The notes: generated by a model not told the origin, from the sequence alone. A stretch of DNA of 64,000 bases from an uncultured Candidatus Saccharibacteria bacterium (GCA_964622505.1 CAZUQJ010000002.1:71905-135904); one strand, 5' to 3'. Positions 1 to 10,287 are shown, numbered from the stretch's first letter. Numbers and translations: made by a program.

Positions 1-528
1 GTAATCTTCCACCAAAGGCTTTTCTATCTTTACCACAGGTGCCATTTCTTGCGTCGGATCATTTTCTACACTACTTTCTTCTTCTGTTGGGATTTCGGAA
101 GTACTGGTTTCGTGAGTGTAATCTCCGATATTTAGTTTCTTTTGAATCCCGTTCCATGCTACTTGTACTGCGATCTCGGGTGGTAGGCGCATGGTGTTGG
201 CTACGTCTTCATCTACGTATTCTTTTATAAGTTGGTTTGTTTTATCATTGTATCTCCCTGCCCCTATGGTTGCAGCTAGACTGCCTGCCATGATTATACT
301 TGCCCATATTGCACTCCTAACAATCTTCTTTGTTCTCGATACTCGTTTCTTCTCTGGTGAATTTCCAGCATCATTTTCTTTTGCGAGTTCTTCGAGCAAG
401 AGGTCGTGACCTTTCTTCCATTCCTCATATTTCTCTAATAGATTTGCTTGTTCTTGTTGCAGAAGTTTGATCTCTTTTGAAAGATCAGTGTTGTTATTTT
501 CTAAATTTTTTTCTGTATCTGGAGACAT
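1..528 (-). CDS. Partial ORF (runs off the window edge): N-terminal coiled coil plus TM helix protein
   Basis: ATG at 528 just after the stop of the upstream ORF. Reads MSPDTEKNLENNNTDLSKEIKLLQQEQANLLEKYEEWKKGH...AIWASIIMAGSLAATIG and stays open to position 1. Confidence 0.75.
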   Translation of the reverse strand, partial: MSPDTEKNLENNNTDLSKEIKLLQQEQANLLEKYEEWKKGHDLLLEELAKENDAGNSPEKKRVSRTKKIVRSAIWASIIMAGSLAATIGAGRYNDKTNQLIKEYVDEDVANTMRLPPEIAVQVAWNGIQKKLNIGDYTHETSTSEIPTEEESSVENDPTQEMAPVVKIEKPLVEDY

Positions 529-529
529 T

Positions 530-2269
530 TTATTTATTGGCTGCATATATCTTAACAGAGTTTGAGTATTTCAACACATTTGCCACGTACCTGTTCTGGA
601 TCTTTTTTGTATTATTTTTTATAACATTTCGGAATTCTTTTGGATTGTTGTAATGCAGCACTGCAAGTTCGCGGTACTTGTCTTTTTGGTTGGTTGGAAT
701 GTTGCCTGAATAAATGTCCAATAAATGCGAAATTGTTGCGATACTCGATTTGGATACATCAAACAGGTCAGATGTCTTGCTGATATCAAATATTTCTCTT
801 ACCTTTGGATTGATGGAATTGATGCGTATTTGAGTGGTTCCTGCGCTTACATTTTTCTCGAGCATTGCTCCGAGTTTATCCATTACTCTGCCTGTCTGCC
901 CGGTAAATCCACCGTAGGTTCCAAAGCTTGATTCTTGGCCGAAAATTCCGTAAGCAACTTTTACAAATTCATTGTACACACTATTGGGTACCTCGGGGTA
1001 CAGCTTCATTATTTCCTGTTTTTTCTCTGCTAGTGTTTGTAGGAATTCTTTACCATCTTCATTTATTGTATCTGCTTTTGCCATAATAGGCTGGGGATTG
1101 TAGGGCCTGACAGTTTTGTTCACTTCTTTTTCATTTGATACGAACCGTAGCTCACCGTTGGTAAATATAAATTTGTTGTGAGGGTCGTCTGGTAGAACAT
1201 AGACATTTGTCCCAGGGCCAAATCCCTCTTGGTTTGCTAAGTTTTTTATTGAATTGGCTTGGAAATTCATACAACCATTGGTCATCCTGTCATCTTCAGT
1301 ATTTCCGTTATTAAAAAATTTTCTTCGTTCTGGTAATGTTTTGTGTAACACAGTAGGGACTTCGATTCCGCGCTCGTTGACCAGAGTAAATGAAGGTAAA
1401 TGGTCATAAGTACTTTCTTTGTTTATCGTATATATACCTGCACCAGTTTGCCTGTTGCCCTGCTCCCAATAGACTTTGCCATCATGGATCACTGTTTCTG
1501 TTTGCTCGTCGCCCTTATTCATACCAGTCCCTACTTCGTAAGTAGAGATTAGGTCGCCATGCTCATATAGATGTGCGAGCGCCATCTCCTTATCGATAAT
1601 CAAATATTTCCCTGGTATATCTTTGCGGAATTCATTGATAATAGAAATGTTGTCGAGTTTATTGATCTCTTCTTCGTAGAGCTTGATACTGTTCCAGTCT
1701 TTTAAATTTTCTACTTTCAAGTTGTCGTAAGCGAGAGCTTCGTCGGAGTATTTGAAGCTGAAGCTGGTGCTAGCTGCAAAATTGCAAACCACTGCCAAGG
1801 CGAGCAATGTTTGGCGAACCTTTCTCTTTACTTTCTTCAAGATAGATTCCTTGCCGTCTGCTTCTTGCTTTGGTGTAGGTTCTATTTCTTTGTCATTCAT
1901 GTCGGCAATGACAGCTTCTTCTACCACTGATCTGATCTCCTCTTCTGTTTTCCCGTGTAACTCCTCTTGGATTTCTTCCGCACCAGACTCAGCTATGGCT
2001 TCGTCGATGATCTCGTCGACACTTATTTGCAAAGGTTCTTTTGTCTCTTGTTTTTCTACTTTTTCTACGTCCCCTCCCGTGTTTTCTTTTTTCTCTACTA
2101 AAATTTTCTTTCTTTTAGCTGGTTCTTTTTTTTCTTTCAAGCTTGCGTTGTATGCATTCACAAGCTCCTTGTGGGATTTTTCCCATTCTTCATACTGAGC
2201 CTGAAGTTCTTTCAAGTTTTTTCTCAGTTCTGTAAGCTCTGTATTATTTTTTTCAAAACTTTTTTCCAT
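530..2269 (-). CDS. Membrane-anchored L,D-transpeptidase (YkuD)-like protein with a C-terminal lysozyme/lytic-transglycosylase-like domain
   Basis: YLIIDK...YEVGTG...TGAGIYTI...LH...TNGCMN resembles the LDT catalytic motif. GIFGQESSFG...SAGTTQIR...HYNNP...YVANV resembles the SLT fold. Hydrophobic segment near aa 155-170. Confidence 0.6.
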   Translation of the reverse strand: MEKSFEKNNTELTELRKNLKELQAQYEEWEKSHKELVNAYNASLKEKKEPAKRKKILVEKKENTGGDVEKVEKQETKEPLQISVDEIIDEAIAESGAEEIQEELHGKTEEEIRSVVEEAVIADMNDKEIEPTPKQEADGKESILKKVKRKVRQTLLALAVVCNFAASTSFSFKYSDEALAYDNLKVENLKDWNSIKLYEEEINKLDNISIINEFRKDIPGKYLIIDKEMALAHLYEHGDLISTYEVGTGMNKGDEQTETVIHDGKVYWEQGNRQTGAGIYTINKESTYDHLPSFTLVNERGIEVPTVLHKTLPERRKFFNNGNTEDDRMTNGCMNFQANSIKNLANQEGFGPGTNVYVLPDDPHNKFIFTNGELRFVSNEKEVNKTVRPYNPQPIMAKADTINEDGKEFLQTLAEKKQEIMKLYPEVPNSVYNEFVKVAYGIFGQESSFGTYGGFTGQTGRVMDKLGAMLEKNVSAGTTQIRINSINPKVREIFDISKTSDLFDVSKSSIATISHLLDIYSGNIPTNQKDKYRELAVLHYNNPKEFRNVIKNNTKKIQNRYVANVLKYSNSVKIYAANK

Positions 2270-3550
2270 TTATTTTGATTGTTTATTCTTTTCTTCCCTT
2301 AATTCCTCGAAGTATTTAGATTCTTCTTTGGCGTATTCTAGTAAGTCGGGTTCCGCCATACCTTTTCTGTAGGTATAAGGTGAAGTGTGAAGATATTCTT
2401 GAAGGCTTATTTTTCCATCCAGATAATCAAAGGACAGCTGAGCCATTTGTTTTACTTCTTCGGTTACGTTTTGTTTTGCTTCTCCTCGAGCTCGATTAAT
2501 ACCAAATTCTGTTAAATTGCGTTTTGCTTTGACGTAATCTTCCTCGGTTAGGTTGTTTATGATTTCCTTATCAATTTTTTCTTGTGTGCTTTCGTTGTTC
2601 TTTGGTTTCTCGATAGTTTCATTTTTTTCTCCTTTTTTTAGACTCTTTAATTCTTCGTTGTATTTCGCATCAATTTCTTTGAATTTTGCATCTCTTTTGT
2701 GAGCTCCCATAGGCAAATAGTCAGCTGATTCTCGAAATGCTTTGATTTCTTCTTCTTTCCTTTTTTCTATTTCGGCTCTCTTTATATCTTCTAATTCTTT
2801 GTCGTATTTTTTGGTAATCAAACTAATAGCCATGTACCCTTTGTTTTTGTCTTTTGAATCTTCGTAAACAAAGTTAATATAATCTAATTCTTTTTGCTTT
2901 CTTTTTTCTATATCTTCTATTTTTAAATCTTCTAACTCTTTATCGTATTTATTATTTACTATTTTTAAAAATTGTTCAAGTATTTCTTCTGAGAATGAAT
3001 TCTTCTTCCAATTTTTAGTTGTTTCATTTAATTCCTCTTGTCTTCTTTTTTCTATGTCAGCTATTTTTTCTTCCAAGGATTCATTTTTTGTTTCTTCTTC
3101 TGGGTTTTCTTGTTTTTGGTCGTTTTCTTCTGCTTCTTCTCCTACAATTGGGATTTCCTCCTCTTCTAATTCATCACCCCCTGTTTCAACATCGTCTTCT
3201 TCTGCGATAGGGATAACTTCCTCTATCAAAGTAGCTTCCTTGTTCTTTTTTGCTTCGATTTTTTTCTTCAATTCCTCATATTTTGCAAGCTTTATTTCAT
3301 AAGCTTTTTCAAGCTTGAAATGGTTTGCTACCAGCTCTGCAAATTCTTTGTCAAAGTTTTCTTTCTTTATCCTTTCCTCCTCTGCCTTTTTCTCTTCCTC
3401 ATTATTATTTACTTCAGTTTCTGTTTTAACCTCTACCTTTTTTTTCTTTTCATCAAGGATATCAAAAGCCGCCTTTTTTTCATCTAGGATTTTTTGCTTC
3501 GCAATGATTGCGTCGTCGTATTCTTTTGCTGTTGTGTAGTGTTCACTCAT
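2270..3550 (-). CDS. Acidic coiled-coil protein with three (D/E)IEKR..EL...KY..EL repeats
   Basis: 426 aa ORF, abutting both neighbours; internal repeats visible in the translation. Confidence 0.75.
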   Translation of the reverse strand: MSEHYTTAKEYDDAIIAKQKILDEKKAAFDILDEKKKKVEVKTETEVNNNEEEKKAEEERIKKENFDKEFAELVANHFKLEKAYEIKLAKYEELKKKIEAKKNKEATLIEEVIPIAEEDDVETGGDELEEEEIPIVGEEAEENDQKQENPEEETKNESLEEKIADIEKRRQEELNETTKNWKKNSFSEEILEQFLKIVNNKYDKELEDLKIEDIEKRKQKELDYINFVYEDSKDKNKGYMAISLITKKYDKELEDIKRAEIEKRKEEEIKAFRESADYLPMGAHKRDAKFKEIDAKYNEELKSLKKGEKNETIEKPKNNESTQEKIDKEIINNLTEEDYVKAKRNLTEFGINRARGEAKQNVTEEVKQMAQLSFDYLDGKISLQEYLHTSPYTYRKGMAEPDLLEYAKEESKYFEELREEKNKQSK

Positions 3551-3554
3551 ATGA

Positions 3555-5009
3555 TTATTTTAGTTCAGATAGTTGCTCGTAATATTTATCCTTAATTATT
3601 TGCAATTCCCTTTTGAATGCTTCCTGGTTTTTTATTATTGGAAGACCACCAGAACTTTTCTCTGTTAGCAATTTAATTAAATTTTTTTCAGCTAATTCTT
3701 TGTTTGCTTGTATTCCAGTAATTTGTCTAACTATATTTTTATGTTTACCCAATAGGTCTTCTTGTTCAGCAGTGAGGACACTATCTTTATTGTTTAGAGA
3801 AAATTCAACTAATTCAAAAACTTTTCTTATATTTTCGTCTTTAATAATATCTTCTATGTTATTAATTTCACTTGTTTGTAATATAATTTTTTCACTTTCT
3901 TTTAGTAAAAATTCTTCTTTCCCTTGCTTCAACTCCGTGATTTCTTTTTCAAGCTGTTTGATTTCATGTTGTAATTGCTCGTGCAGAATTTCCTCTTCTG
4001 GTGTTAAGCCTGTTTCTTCAACAACCTCTTCTGTTGCCTCAACTTCAGCTAGGGCTTCATCCTCTGCTTTTTCTTCGGGCTCACCTGCAAATTCAAAACT
4101 AATTCCTGGTGCACTTAAAAAATTTTTTGCATTATTAAGACTAATTTTTTGCTCACCTGCACCATCAATAGAAAAAACTATATTTTTACCATCATTTTCC
4201 AAAATAGTATATTTAAAAGTTTTGCCGTTTTCATTTACATTCAAAATCTCTCCTGCTTGTGGTCCACCCATTTCAAAAAGCATGTCCGCATTTATTTTTG
4301 ATCCCCCTACTAACTCTTTTTTATTTTTATTAGAAATTCTATTGATCCTTGCTTCGCTTTTAGCTATTCCTCGATCAAGAACCATTTTAAATTCTGGGTC
4401 TTTGGTTGTGTACCCCCTTTTTTGCAAATCATATATAGTTGCTGTTTTTAACTCCTTTTTTGAGAAAGGTTTAAATTCTTTTACTGGCTCTATAGGCTTT
4501 GGAATAATTTTCTCCATGACTGGTACTATTGTATCATTATTTTCTACAACTTCACTTTCTTTAGCCTCTGGATTTTCTACTACAGGTTCCTCTTGAATCG
4601 GCTCTTCTGTTTTTACTTCATTTACAATGTTTGGGGCCTCTGTTCTCGATACGATATCTACCTTCCTGTCTGACACTTCCTCTTTTACTGTAGGTACAAC
4701 TTCCCCCTTTCTGAGCTCAGCTGTCACCCTTTTTATTATCTCATCTTTAATTTGAGAGTTTTTCTGGAATAGATCTATAGAGTCCTGAGAGTTTGTATCG
4801 AAGGGTACCGAGGCTGGGTCTTGGTATTTAGGGTATTCCATAGCAAATTTATTGAAAAGTTCGTCGTATTTTTTACCGAAGTTATCAGCTTCTGGCCTAT
4901 TTTTGCTACCTTTTATGTTTTTGTTGTCACTTTTTTTAGTTGAAAAATCCTTGTCTAGGCTTTTTTGGAATTTTTTGTTTGCATTGCCAAAATGCTCTAA
5001 TTTACGCAT
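3555..5009 (-). CDS. Hypothetical E/K-rich coiled-coil protein, first gene of a 4-gene operon
   Basis: Long ORF. Start moved to 5009 (MRKLEHF), 7 nt downstream of a TTGACA-N18-CATAAT promoter. Confidence 0.7.
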   Translation of the reverse strand: MRKLEHFGNANKKFQKSLDKDFSTKKSDNKNIKGSKNRPEADNFGKKYDELFNKFAMEYPKYQDPASVPFDTNSQDSIDLFQKNSQIKDEIIKRVTAELRKGEVVPTVKEEVSDRKVDIVSRTEAPNIVNEVKTEEPIQEEPVVENPEAKESEVVENNDTIVPVMEKIIPKPIEPVKEFKPFSKKELKTATIYDLQKRGYTTKDPEFKMVLDRGIAKSEARINRISNKNKKELVGGSKINADMLFEMGGPQAGEILNVNENGKTFKYTILENDGKNIVFSIDGAGEQKISLNNAKNFLSAPGISFEFAGEPEEKAEDEALAEVEATEEVVEETGLTPEEEILHEQLQHEIKQLEKEITELKQGKEEFLLKESEKIILQTSEINNIEDIIKDENIRKVFELVEFSLNNKDSVLTAEQEDLLGKHKNIVRQITGIQANKELAEKNLIKLLTEKSSGGLPIIKNQEAFKRELQIIKDKYYEQLSELK

Positions 5010-5226
5010 GTACCAATTATGCCATAAGTTCTGGAAATATGTCAATTGGTTACCATTTTAAAGGCTTTTTGGGCGATTCTGTCTGTTTTTGCACCCTTTT
5101 TCCACTTTTTGGTTTGACTTGACCCCCTATTTCGGCTACCCTCTATATATAGGTGTACAGGCCTATAAATCTCGAGACGGAAGCACTTTACTTTACAGAC
5201 AGACGATCAGAATTACCCATTTTACC

Positions 5227-6480
5227 ATGAGTATTCAACACTATAAAAAGAAGCCTACGAGCGAAAATTCTTTGCAAAAAGAAACAGCCGTACCTTCTAA
5301 AATATCTATATTTTACAAGCCTTTTATACTAAAAGGTTTTTCCGTTTTACTCCTACTTGCCCTCATCCTCTTACCTGTTAGCAAGGCAAATGCCGGCTTT
5401 TTCTCCTCTATTGGCCAGTTTTTTGGTATGGGTGCGGAAGCTTCCGAGAATGAGAGTCTCGGTACTAATACCAATTCCCAGACCATGCGCCTAATGGAGC
5501 CAACCCTTACCCCAGAGCTCAAACTTGGTTCTACGGCTCTCGATATGACTATTGTCGACGACCAAGCCTTGGAATCCAACAACATGGGCCCATTGGGAGT
5601 AAGCGATATTGAGCAAAAATACGTTACTACAAAGAAAATTCAAACACATACTGTAGTATCAGGCGATACTCTAGAGAAAATCTCTAAAAAGTTCGGAATT
5701 TCCAAAAATACCCTTATAAATTCAAACGACTCCTTGTCTGCTAAGGGTAGCCTCAAGGTGGGCCAAGTTCTCGCTATCTTGCCTGTGGAGGGTATAGCCT
5801 ATGATGTAAAGAAGGGCGATACGATAGAGAGTTTGGCTCGCAAGTACAATTCATCTGCAAAAGAGATCCTCAAGTATAACAGCTTGGACGATGCATCCGA
5901 CTTGCAAATTGGCGATACTATTGTTCTACCAGGTGGCAAAAAGCTTGTAGCCAAAGTCACAGAGAAGAAAGTCGAGGTCCCAAAGCCTACAAGGCCTACA
6001 CAAATAGAGGAAGATACTCCGCAACAAACGCAACCCACACCATCTGACCCAACACCTACAGAGAAGTCGGATTCAACCCCATCTTCAAACGGATACATCT
6101 GGCCATTCCCTCTAGGTGCAGGAAGTGTATCCCAACGTCTACATGATGACAATGCTATAGACTTGCGAGCACCAAAAGGTACTCCAATATATGCGATCAA
6201 AGACGGAACTGTGCTAATCGCCGACTCCGCGGGCTACAATGGAGGGTACGGACAGTATGTCGTTATTGACTTCGATGCAGGGGGCCAAGCATTGTACGGA
6301 CACATGAGCAAAGTTGCATCTGTCGCTGGTCAGAAAGTTGCCCAAGGTGACTTGATCGGATACGTCGGCTCGACAGGGCTCTCTACTGGCAACCACTTGC
6401 ATATCAGTCTGCGTGACGGGCTCAAGAATCCGTACGCATTCTTGAAGAAAGGAGGCACGAGCGCAGATTTCAATAAATAA
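5227..6480 (+). CDS. LysM x2 plus M23 peptidase (peptidoglycan endopeptidase)
   Basis: Two LysM motifs (HTVVSGDTL, YDVKKGDTI); M23 motifs HDDNAIDL, YGHMS, STGNHLH. Start is uncertain. Confidence 0.9.
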   Translation: MSIQHYKKKPTSENSLQKETAVPSKISIFYKPFILKGFSVLLLLALILLPVSKANAGFFSSIGQFFGMGAEASENESLGTNTNSQTMRLMEPTLTPELKLGSTALDMTIVDDQALESNNMGPLGVSDIEQKYVTTKKIQTHTVVSGDTLEKISKKFGISKNTLINSNDSLSAKGSLKVGQVLAILPVEGIAYDVKKGDTIESLARKYNSSAKEILKYNSLDDASDLQIGDTIVLPGGKKLVAKVTEKKVEVPKPTRPTQIEEDTPQQTQPTPSDPTPTEKSDSTPSSNGYIWPFPLGAGSVSQRLHDDNAIDLRAPKGTPIYAIKDGTVLIADSAGYNGGYGQYVVIDFDAGGQALYGHMSKVASVAGQKVAQGDLIGYVGSTGLSTGNHLHISLRDGLKNPYAFLKKGGTSADFNK

Positions 6481-6487
6481 AACGAGT

Positions 6488-6778
6488 ATGAAGTTTTCTA
6501 AAACAATTTTAATTATTACGAGTTTCTTTATAAGCTTTACGCTATTCTTTGGAAGTTTCAGTCCAGTGTTCGCTGCAACCACTACTGTCAAGAAAACAAC
6601 AACAGTAAAAAAGTCTGCGACCAAGAAAGCACCGGCAAAAAAGAAAGTATCAAAAAAGAAAAGTTCTGTAAACCTCAATCCCCCGCGCATAACGCTTGCA
6701 ACCGCTCCGCACTCAGAAAAGAAGTCCAAAGCAAAAAAGAAGACAACAAAAAAGCCGGTAGTAAAAAAGAAAGCATAA
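6488..6778 (+). CDS. Small secreted Lys-rich (histone-tail-like) protein
   Basis: Signal peptide ending VFA-A followed by a K/T/A-rich tail. Confidence 0.65.
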   Translation: MKFSKTILIITSFFISFTLFFGSFSPVFAATTTVKKTTTVKKSATKKAPAKKKVSKKKSSVNLNPPRITLATAPHSEKKSKAKKKTTKKPVVKKKA

Positions 6779-6815
6779 AAAATTCCCCCAGAGCTTGTCG
6801 AAGGGGAATTTTTTA
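6777..6815. terminator. Bidirectional intrinsic terminator with a GAGCTTGTCGAA element in the loop
   Basis: AAAAAATTCCCC...GGGGAATTTTTT between convergent genes. Confidence 0.75.
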
Positions 6816-6816
6816 T

Positions 6817-8502
6817 TTAGGCAACTTCTTGTTGGTAGCAACTTTCGCAATAAATAATTTCTTTTCTGTCTGGAGCGTAGCTAGTCTGGAATGTTTCAGC
6901 GCATGTTGTACCTCCGTGATTGATATGCTTTTCAATAGTACACACACATTTACCCGGATACAATTTACGCGGGTTTCTTTTTGCCATTCTGGCTTGATGC
7001 CTACATTCGAAGTCCTTGTGTGGAATTGGTAAATTCATTCGTTTATAGAAATCAAATTCAGCTTTTGTTATTTTGTAATTCTTGCCACACTCATTACAAG
7101 CCAATATTTCTGAAGTAATTGCATCAGTCACAGTTGTAATACTCGAAGGTATTGTATTCTCGGGCATTGTTTCTTTACCAAAGGTGCCCGTGTTCTTTTC
7201 TTGCCAGCGATACCCCCTTTTTAAAGCCTCATTTCTTTCTAAAGGGAAAAAGTCTTGAGCCAGTGTTTCATTGTACCCAAAAGGTGCAATGTCTGTAGGG
7301 AAAAATTGACCATACTCTTTTTCTTTTTTCATTTGGTTTTCGATTTTTTCTTTTATTTTGAAATATTCTTCTTTTGAGTATGGCTTATTAAGGATCATAT
7401 AGTTACCTTTACGCACAGCAATACATCCAAACGCATTAGATAGATGATGACAGCTTTCACAATACTCAACTTCATTGCAATAAAAAACAAATGCTGAATT
7501 TTTTAATTTACTTCCTTCTAGCGCTCCCATTATATTGTATCCAAACTCTGGCTTATAGTAATAGTTGTTGCAGTCCATACTGTCTATAGGATTCTCTGAG
7601 TCTGTCATGTATGAGCAATTTTTAGAATCATATGTATCAAAAAGCATAACTCCCTCGTGACAGTTGTGCAGATAGTCTCCAGTGACATTATGGCATTTTG
7701 TTTGTGAAGTATATTTTCTAATGGCTTGAAGTTTTATCTCCTCAAAATCTTTTTTTGCCTTCTCTATTGTTTTGAAGCTCTCAAGGATTTCTTTTTTCTT
7801 TTTTTCAAATTCTTCTTTTGTGTATTTTACATTTAAAATAGAGTTTGACATGTGTCGGCCGTTTGTACAAAATATGCAATTTGATGAGTCTCGCATATTG
7901 AAACAAAACAGTAGGTCGGTAGAAGATTGGCATTGCTCAGAGTACATGCACTTAAAGCATGAGCGACAGTCCGTACATTCGTAGCAAAGTTCTGACTCAT
8001 GTAGAAATGCACAGTCTACACAAAATTTATCACGTTGCAAGAGTCTCCCGTACATACAGTCTTCGTTATAGTCAGCAGCGAATATTAAATAACAATCTTT
8101 ATTTTCTGCTGAACCGTTTGTGTACTCACTACGTACATTGTTAAAAGCCATTAAGCTTAATCTAGGCACCTCTTGTTGCAAGGCTTTGTACTGTTCAAAA
8201 AAAGATTTAGAAAAATCATAATCCACCCCGTAATCTTTTGGATCCCAGCCATCACCCCACCAGCAGTCATGACAATAGACTTTAAATGGTGATTCAGGTG
8301 TATACACAGTAATCATATCTTTGTTGCACATATCGCAAGGCCTTTTATAGAATGTTCTCTCGTTGCGGAAATTCAGTCGTTTGGCCATTCTGCAATCAGG
8401 GCAGAAAAGCGGGTGTGGGCTCTTCATCTGCTCATAAAAAACTATATCTTCGTCGCGAATTACAAATTCCTTTTCGCATGTCTTGCATAGTTGGTTAATC
8501 AT
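6817..8502 (-). CDS. Cys-rich multi-zinc-ribbon protein (paralog 1 of 3)
   Basis: CxxC-x(18-21)-CPxCR N-terminus, central Cys/Tyr repeat solenoid, C-terminal IYCESCYQQEV. Confidence 0.85.
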   Translation of the reverse strand: MINQLCKTCEKEFVIRDEDIVFYEQMKSPHPLFCPDCRMAKRLNFRNERTFYKRPCDMCNKDMITVYTPESPFKVYCHDCWWGDGWDPKDYGVDYDFSKSFFEQYKALQQEVPRLSLMAFNNVRSEYTNGSAENKDCYLIFAADYNEDCMYGRLLQRDKFCVDCAFLHESELCYECTDCRSCFKCMYSEQCQSSTDLLFCFNMRDSSNCIFCTNGRHMSNSILNVKYTKEEFEKKKKEILESFKTIEKAKKDFEEIKLQAIRKYTSQTKCHNVTGDYLHNCHEGVMLFDTYDSKNCSYMTDSENPIDSMDCNNYYYKPEFGYNIMGALEGSKLKNSAFVFYCNEVEYCESCHHLSNAFGCIAVRKGNYMILNKPYSKEEYFKIKEKIENQMKKEKEYGQFFPTDIAPFGYNETLAQDFFPLERNEALKRGYRWQEKNTGTFGKETMPENTIPSSITTVTDAITSEILACNECGKNYKITKAEFDFYKRMNLPIPHKDFECRHQARMAKRNPRKLYPGKCVCTIEKHINHGGTTCAETFQTSYAPDRKEIIYCESCYQQEVA

Positions 8503-8524
8503 AGATATTTTTAATATAGCATAA

Positions 8525-10096
8525 TTATTGATTAGTGCGAGGGCGGTATTGGAGGGCTTCTAGGATGTGGGGAATTTGGATGTGCTCGCTACTCTCTAGA
8601 TCGGCGATGGTGCGGGCGAGTTTGATGGTGCGGTGGTATGCGCGAGCAGAGAGTTGGAGATGCTCGGCACTCTGATTCAATATTTTCTTGACCTCGTCTG
8701 CGAGTGGTGCAAAAGTATTTAAATCTTTTGAATTCATATCGCTATTTGTTTTGATTTTTCTTGTAGCTTTTTTGAATCTTTTTTCTTGTATACTTCGTGC
8801 ATTTTTCACTCGACTCTTTATTATATTTGTCGGAGTGCTATTGAGATCTTTGCCCGAGAGTTCGTCGTAGCCGACGTTGCTGACGGTGACCCACATATCA
8901 ATACGGTCCATGATTGGCCCCGAAAGCTTGCGATTGTAGCGGTCCAGATCGGTTGGCTTACAAATGCACGCTTTCTGTTTGTTGCCTTTGTGTCCGCAAG
9001 GGCATGGGTTCATTGCAGCAATCAAAATAAAGTTGGAGGGGAATGTCGCTGAGCCTTTTGCACGCGAAATGGAGACGATGTTGTCTTCGAGTGGCTGGCG
9101 CAAAGATTCCAAAACACGTTTTTCAAATTCTGGAAATTCGTCCAGAAATAGGACGCCTTTGTGTGCGAGCGTCACTTCGCCAGGGCGTATATTTGCCCCA
9201 CCACCAATCATAGCGACATAGCTTGCAGTATGGTGTGGTGCACGAAATGGCGCATCGGTAATCAACTTGCCTTCAAGCATGCCAACGATAGAATGTATGC
9301 CAGTGATTTCTAAAATATCTTCGTTGTCGAGATCTGGAAGTATGTACGAAAATGCACGTGCAAGCATTGTCTTGCCAGTTCCTGGAGGACCCGATAGTGC
9401 AATGTTGTGTCCACCAGCGGCAGCGATTTCCAATCCCCTTTTGGCATTCTCTTGACCCTTCACATCTTGGAAATCGGTCCTATTTTCAACTACCGATTTT
9501 TCTATTATAGTTTTTGGGAATTTGGTAAGCTTTGGTTTCTCTTTCTCAAGCGGATTGCCTTTTTTGTCGTATCTAATTTTGTAAATATGATTGATCACTT
9601 CAATCAGAGTCTTTGCGCCATAAATGTCTATTCCATCTACAAGCCCCGCTTCTTCGGCATTGTCATAAGGCAAGAAAATTTCTTTGTAGCCCAAGCGTTT
9701 AGCCTCTTGTGTTAGTGGCAGAGCACCTTTTATAGGGCGGAGTTCCCCATTGAGTGACAACTCCCCGAGGAATACTCTACTTTCTGGGTCGAAATATGTT
9801 TGATTTGCAGAGAGCAAGTATGAGAGTGCTATACCTAGGTCGAAATACGACCCTTCTTTTTTCAAGTCAGCTGGCGAGAGTGATATGACCACCTTTTGAT
9901 TTTGGCTTTTTGGAGATTCGTAGCCAGAATTTTTGAGCGCAGAGCTCATGCGGTCTTTTGCTTCATCGACAGCTTTGTCGGGTAGCCCTACCATAGTAAA
10001 AGCGTGGAGAGTATTTGGAGTAATATCAACTTCTATCGTAACAATCTTGCCTTTTAGCATGTATGGTTGCGCCGCGTAGACTCTTGAGAATGACAT
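8525..10096 (-). CDS. comM: YifB/ComM Mg-chelatase-like AAA+ ATPase
   Basis: VGLPD, GELSLNG, GPPGTGKT, PFRAPHH, LFLDEFPEF, AAMNPCPCG, SGPIMDRID, ARTIADL. Confidence 0.93.
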   Translation of the reverse strand: MSFSRVYAAQPYMLKGKIVTIEVDITPNTLHAFTMVGLPDKAVDEAKDRMSSALKNSGYESPKSQNQKVVISLSPADLKKEGSYFDLGIALSYLLSANQTYFDPESRVFLGELSLNGELRPIKGALPLTQEAKRLGYKEIFLPYDNAEEAGLVDGIDIYGAKTLIEVINHIYKIRYDKKGNPLEKEKPKLTKFPKTIIEKSVVENRTDFQDVKGQENAKRGLEIAAAGGHNIALSGPPGTGKTMLARAFSYILPDLDNEDILEITGIHSIVGMLEGKLITDAPFRAPHHTASYVAMIGGGANIRPGEVTLAHKGVLFLDEFPEFEKRVLESLRQPLEDNIVSISRAKGSATFPSNFILIAAMNPCPCGHKGNKQKACICKPTDLDRYNRKLSGPIMDRIDMWVTVSNVGYDELSGKDLNSTPTNIIKSRVKNARSIQEKRFKKATRKIKTNSDMNSKDLNTFAPLADEVKKILNQSAEHLQLSARAYHRTIKLARTIADLESSEHIQIPHILEALQYRPRTNQ

Positions 10097-10287
10097 AATA
10101 AATAGTATAGCAAACAAAATAGAAAAAATCCCCGAGAATAGTCCTTGAGAAATGACTTGCGCAGAAGCTTAGAAAATAAAGTATGTACTCAGGCTATTAT
10201 TTTCTTGAGCGACGAGCAGAGCAATTTTTCACCAGAAAAATATGTCGTGCATTTTGAGAGGAGCTATTCTCGGGGATTTTTTAGTGG

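Noticed and set aside
3613-4596. 327-aa plus-strand ORF and many similar S/F-rich antisense ORFs (e.g. 1752, 28390, 44278)
   Set aside because: These are shadow frames of E/K-rich or conserved genes on the opposite strand and show no motifs.
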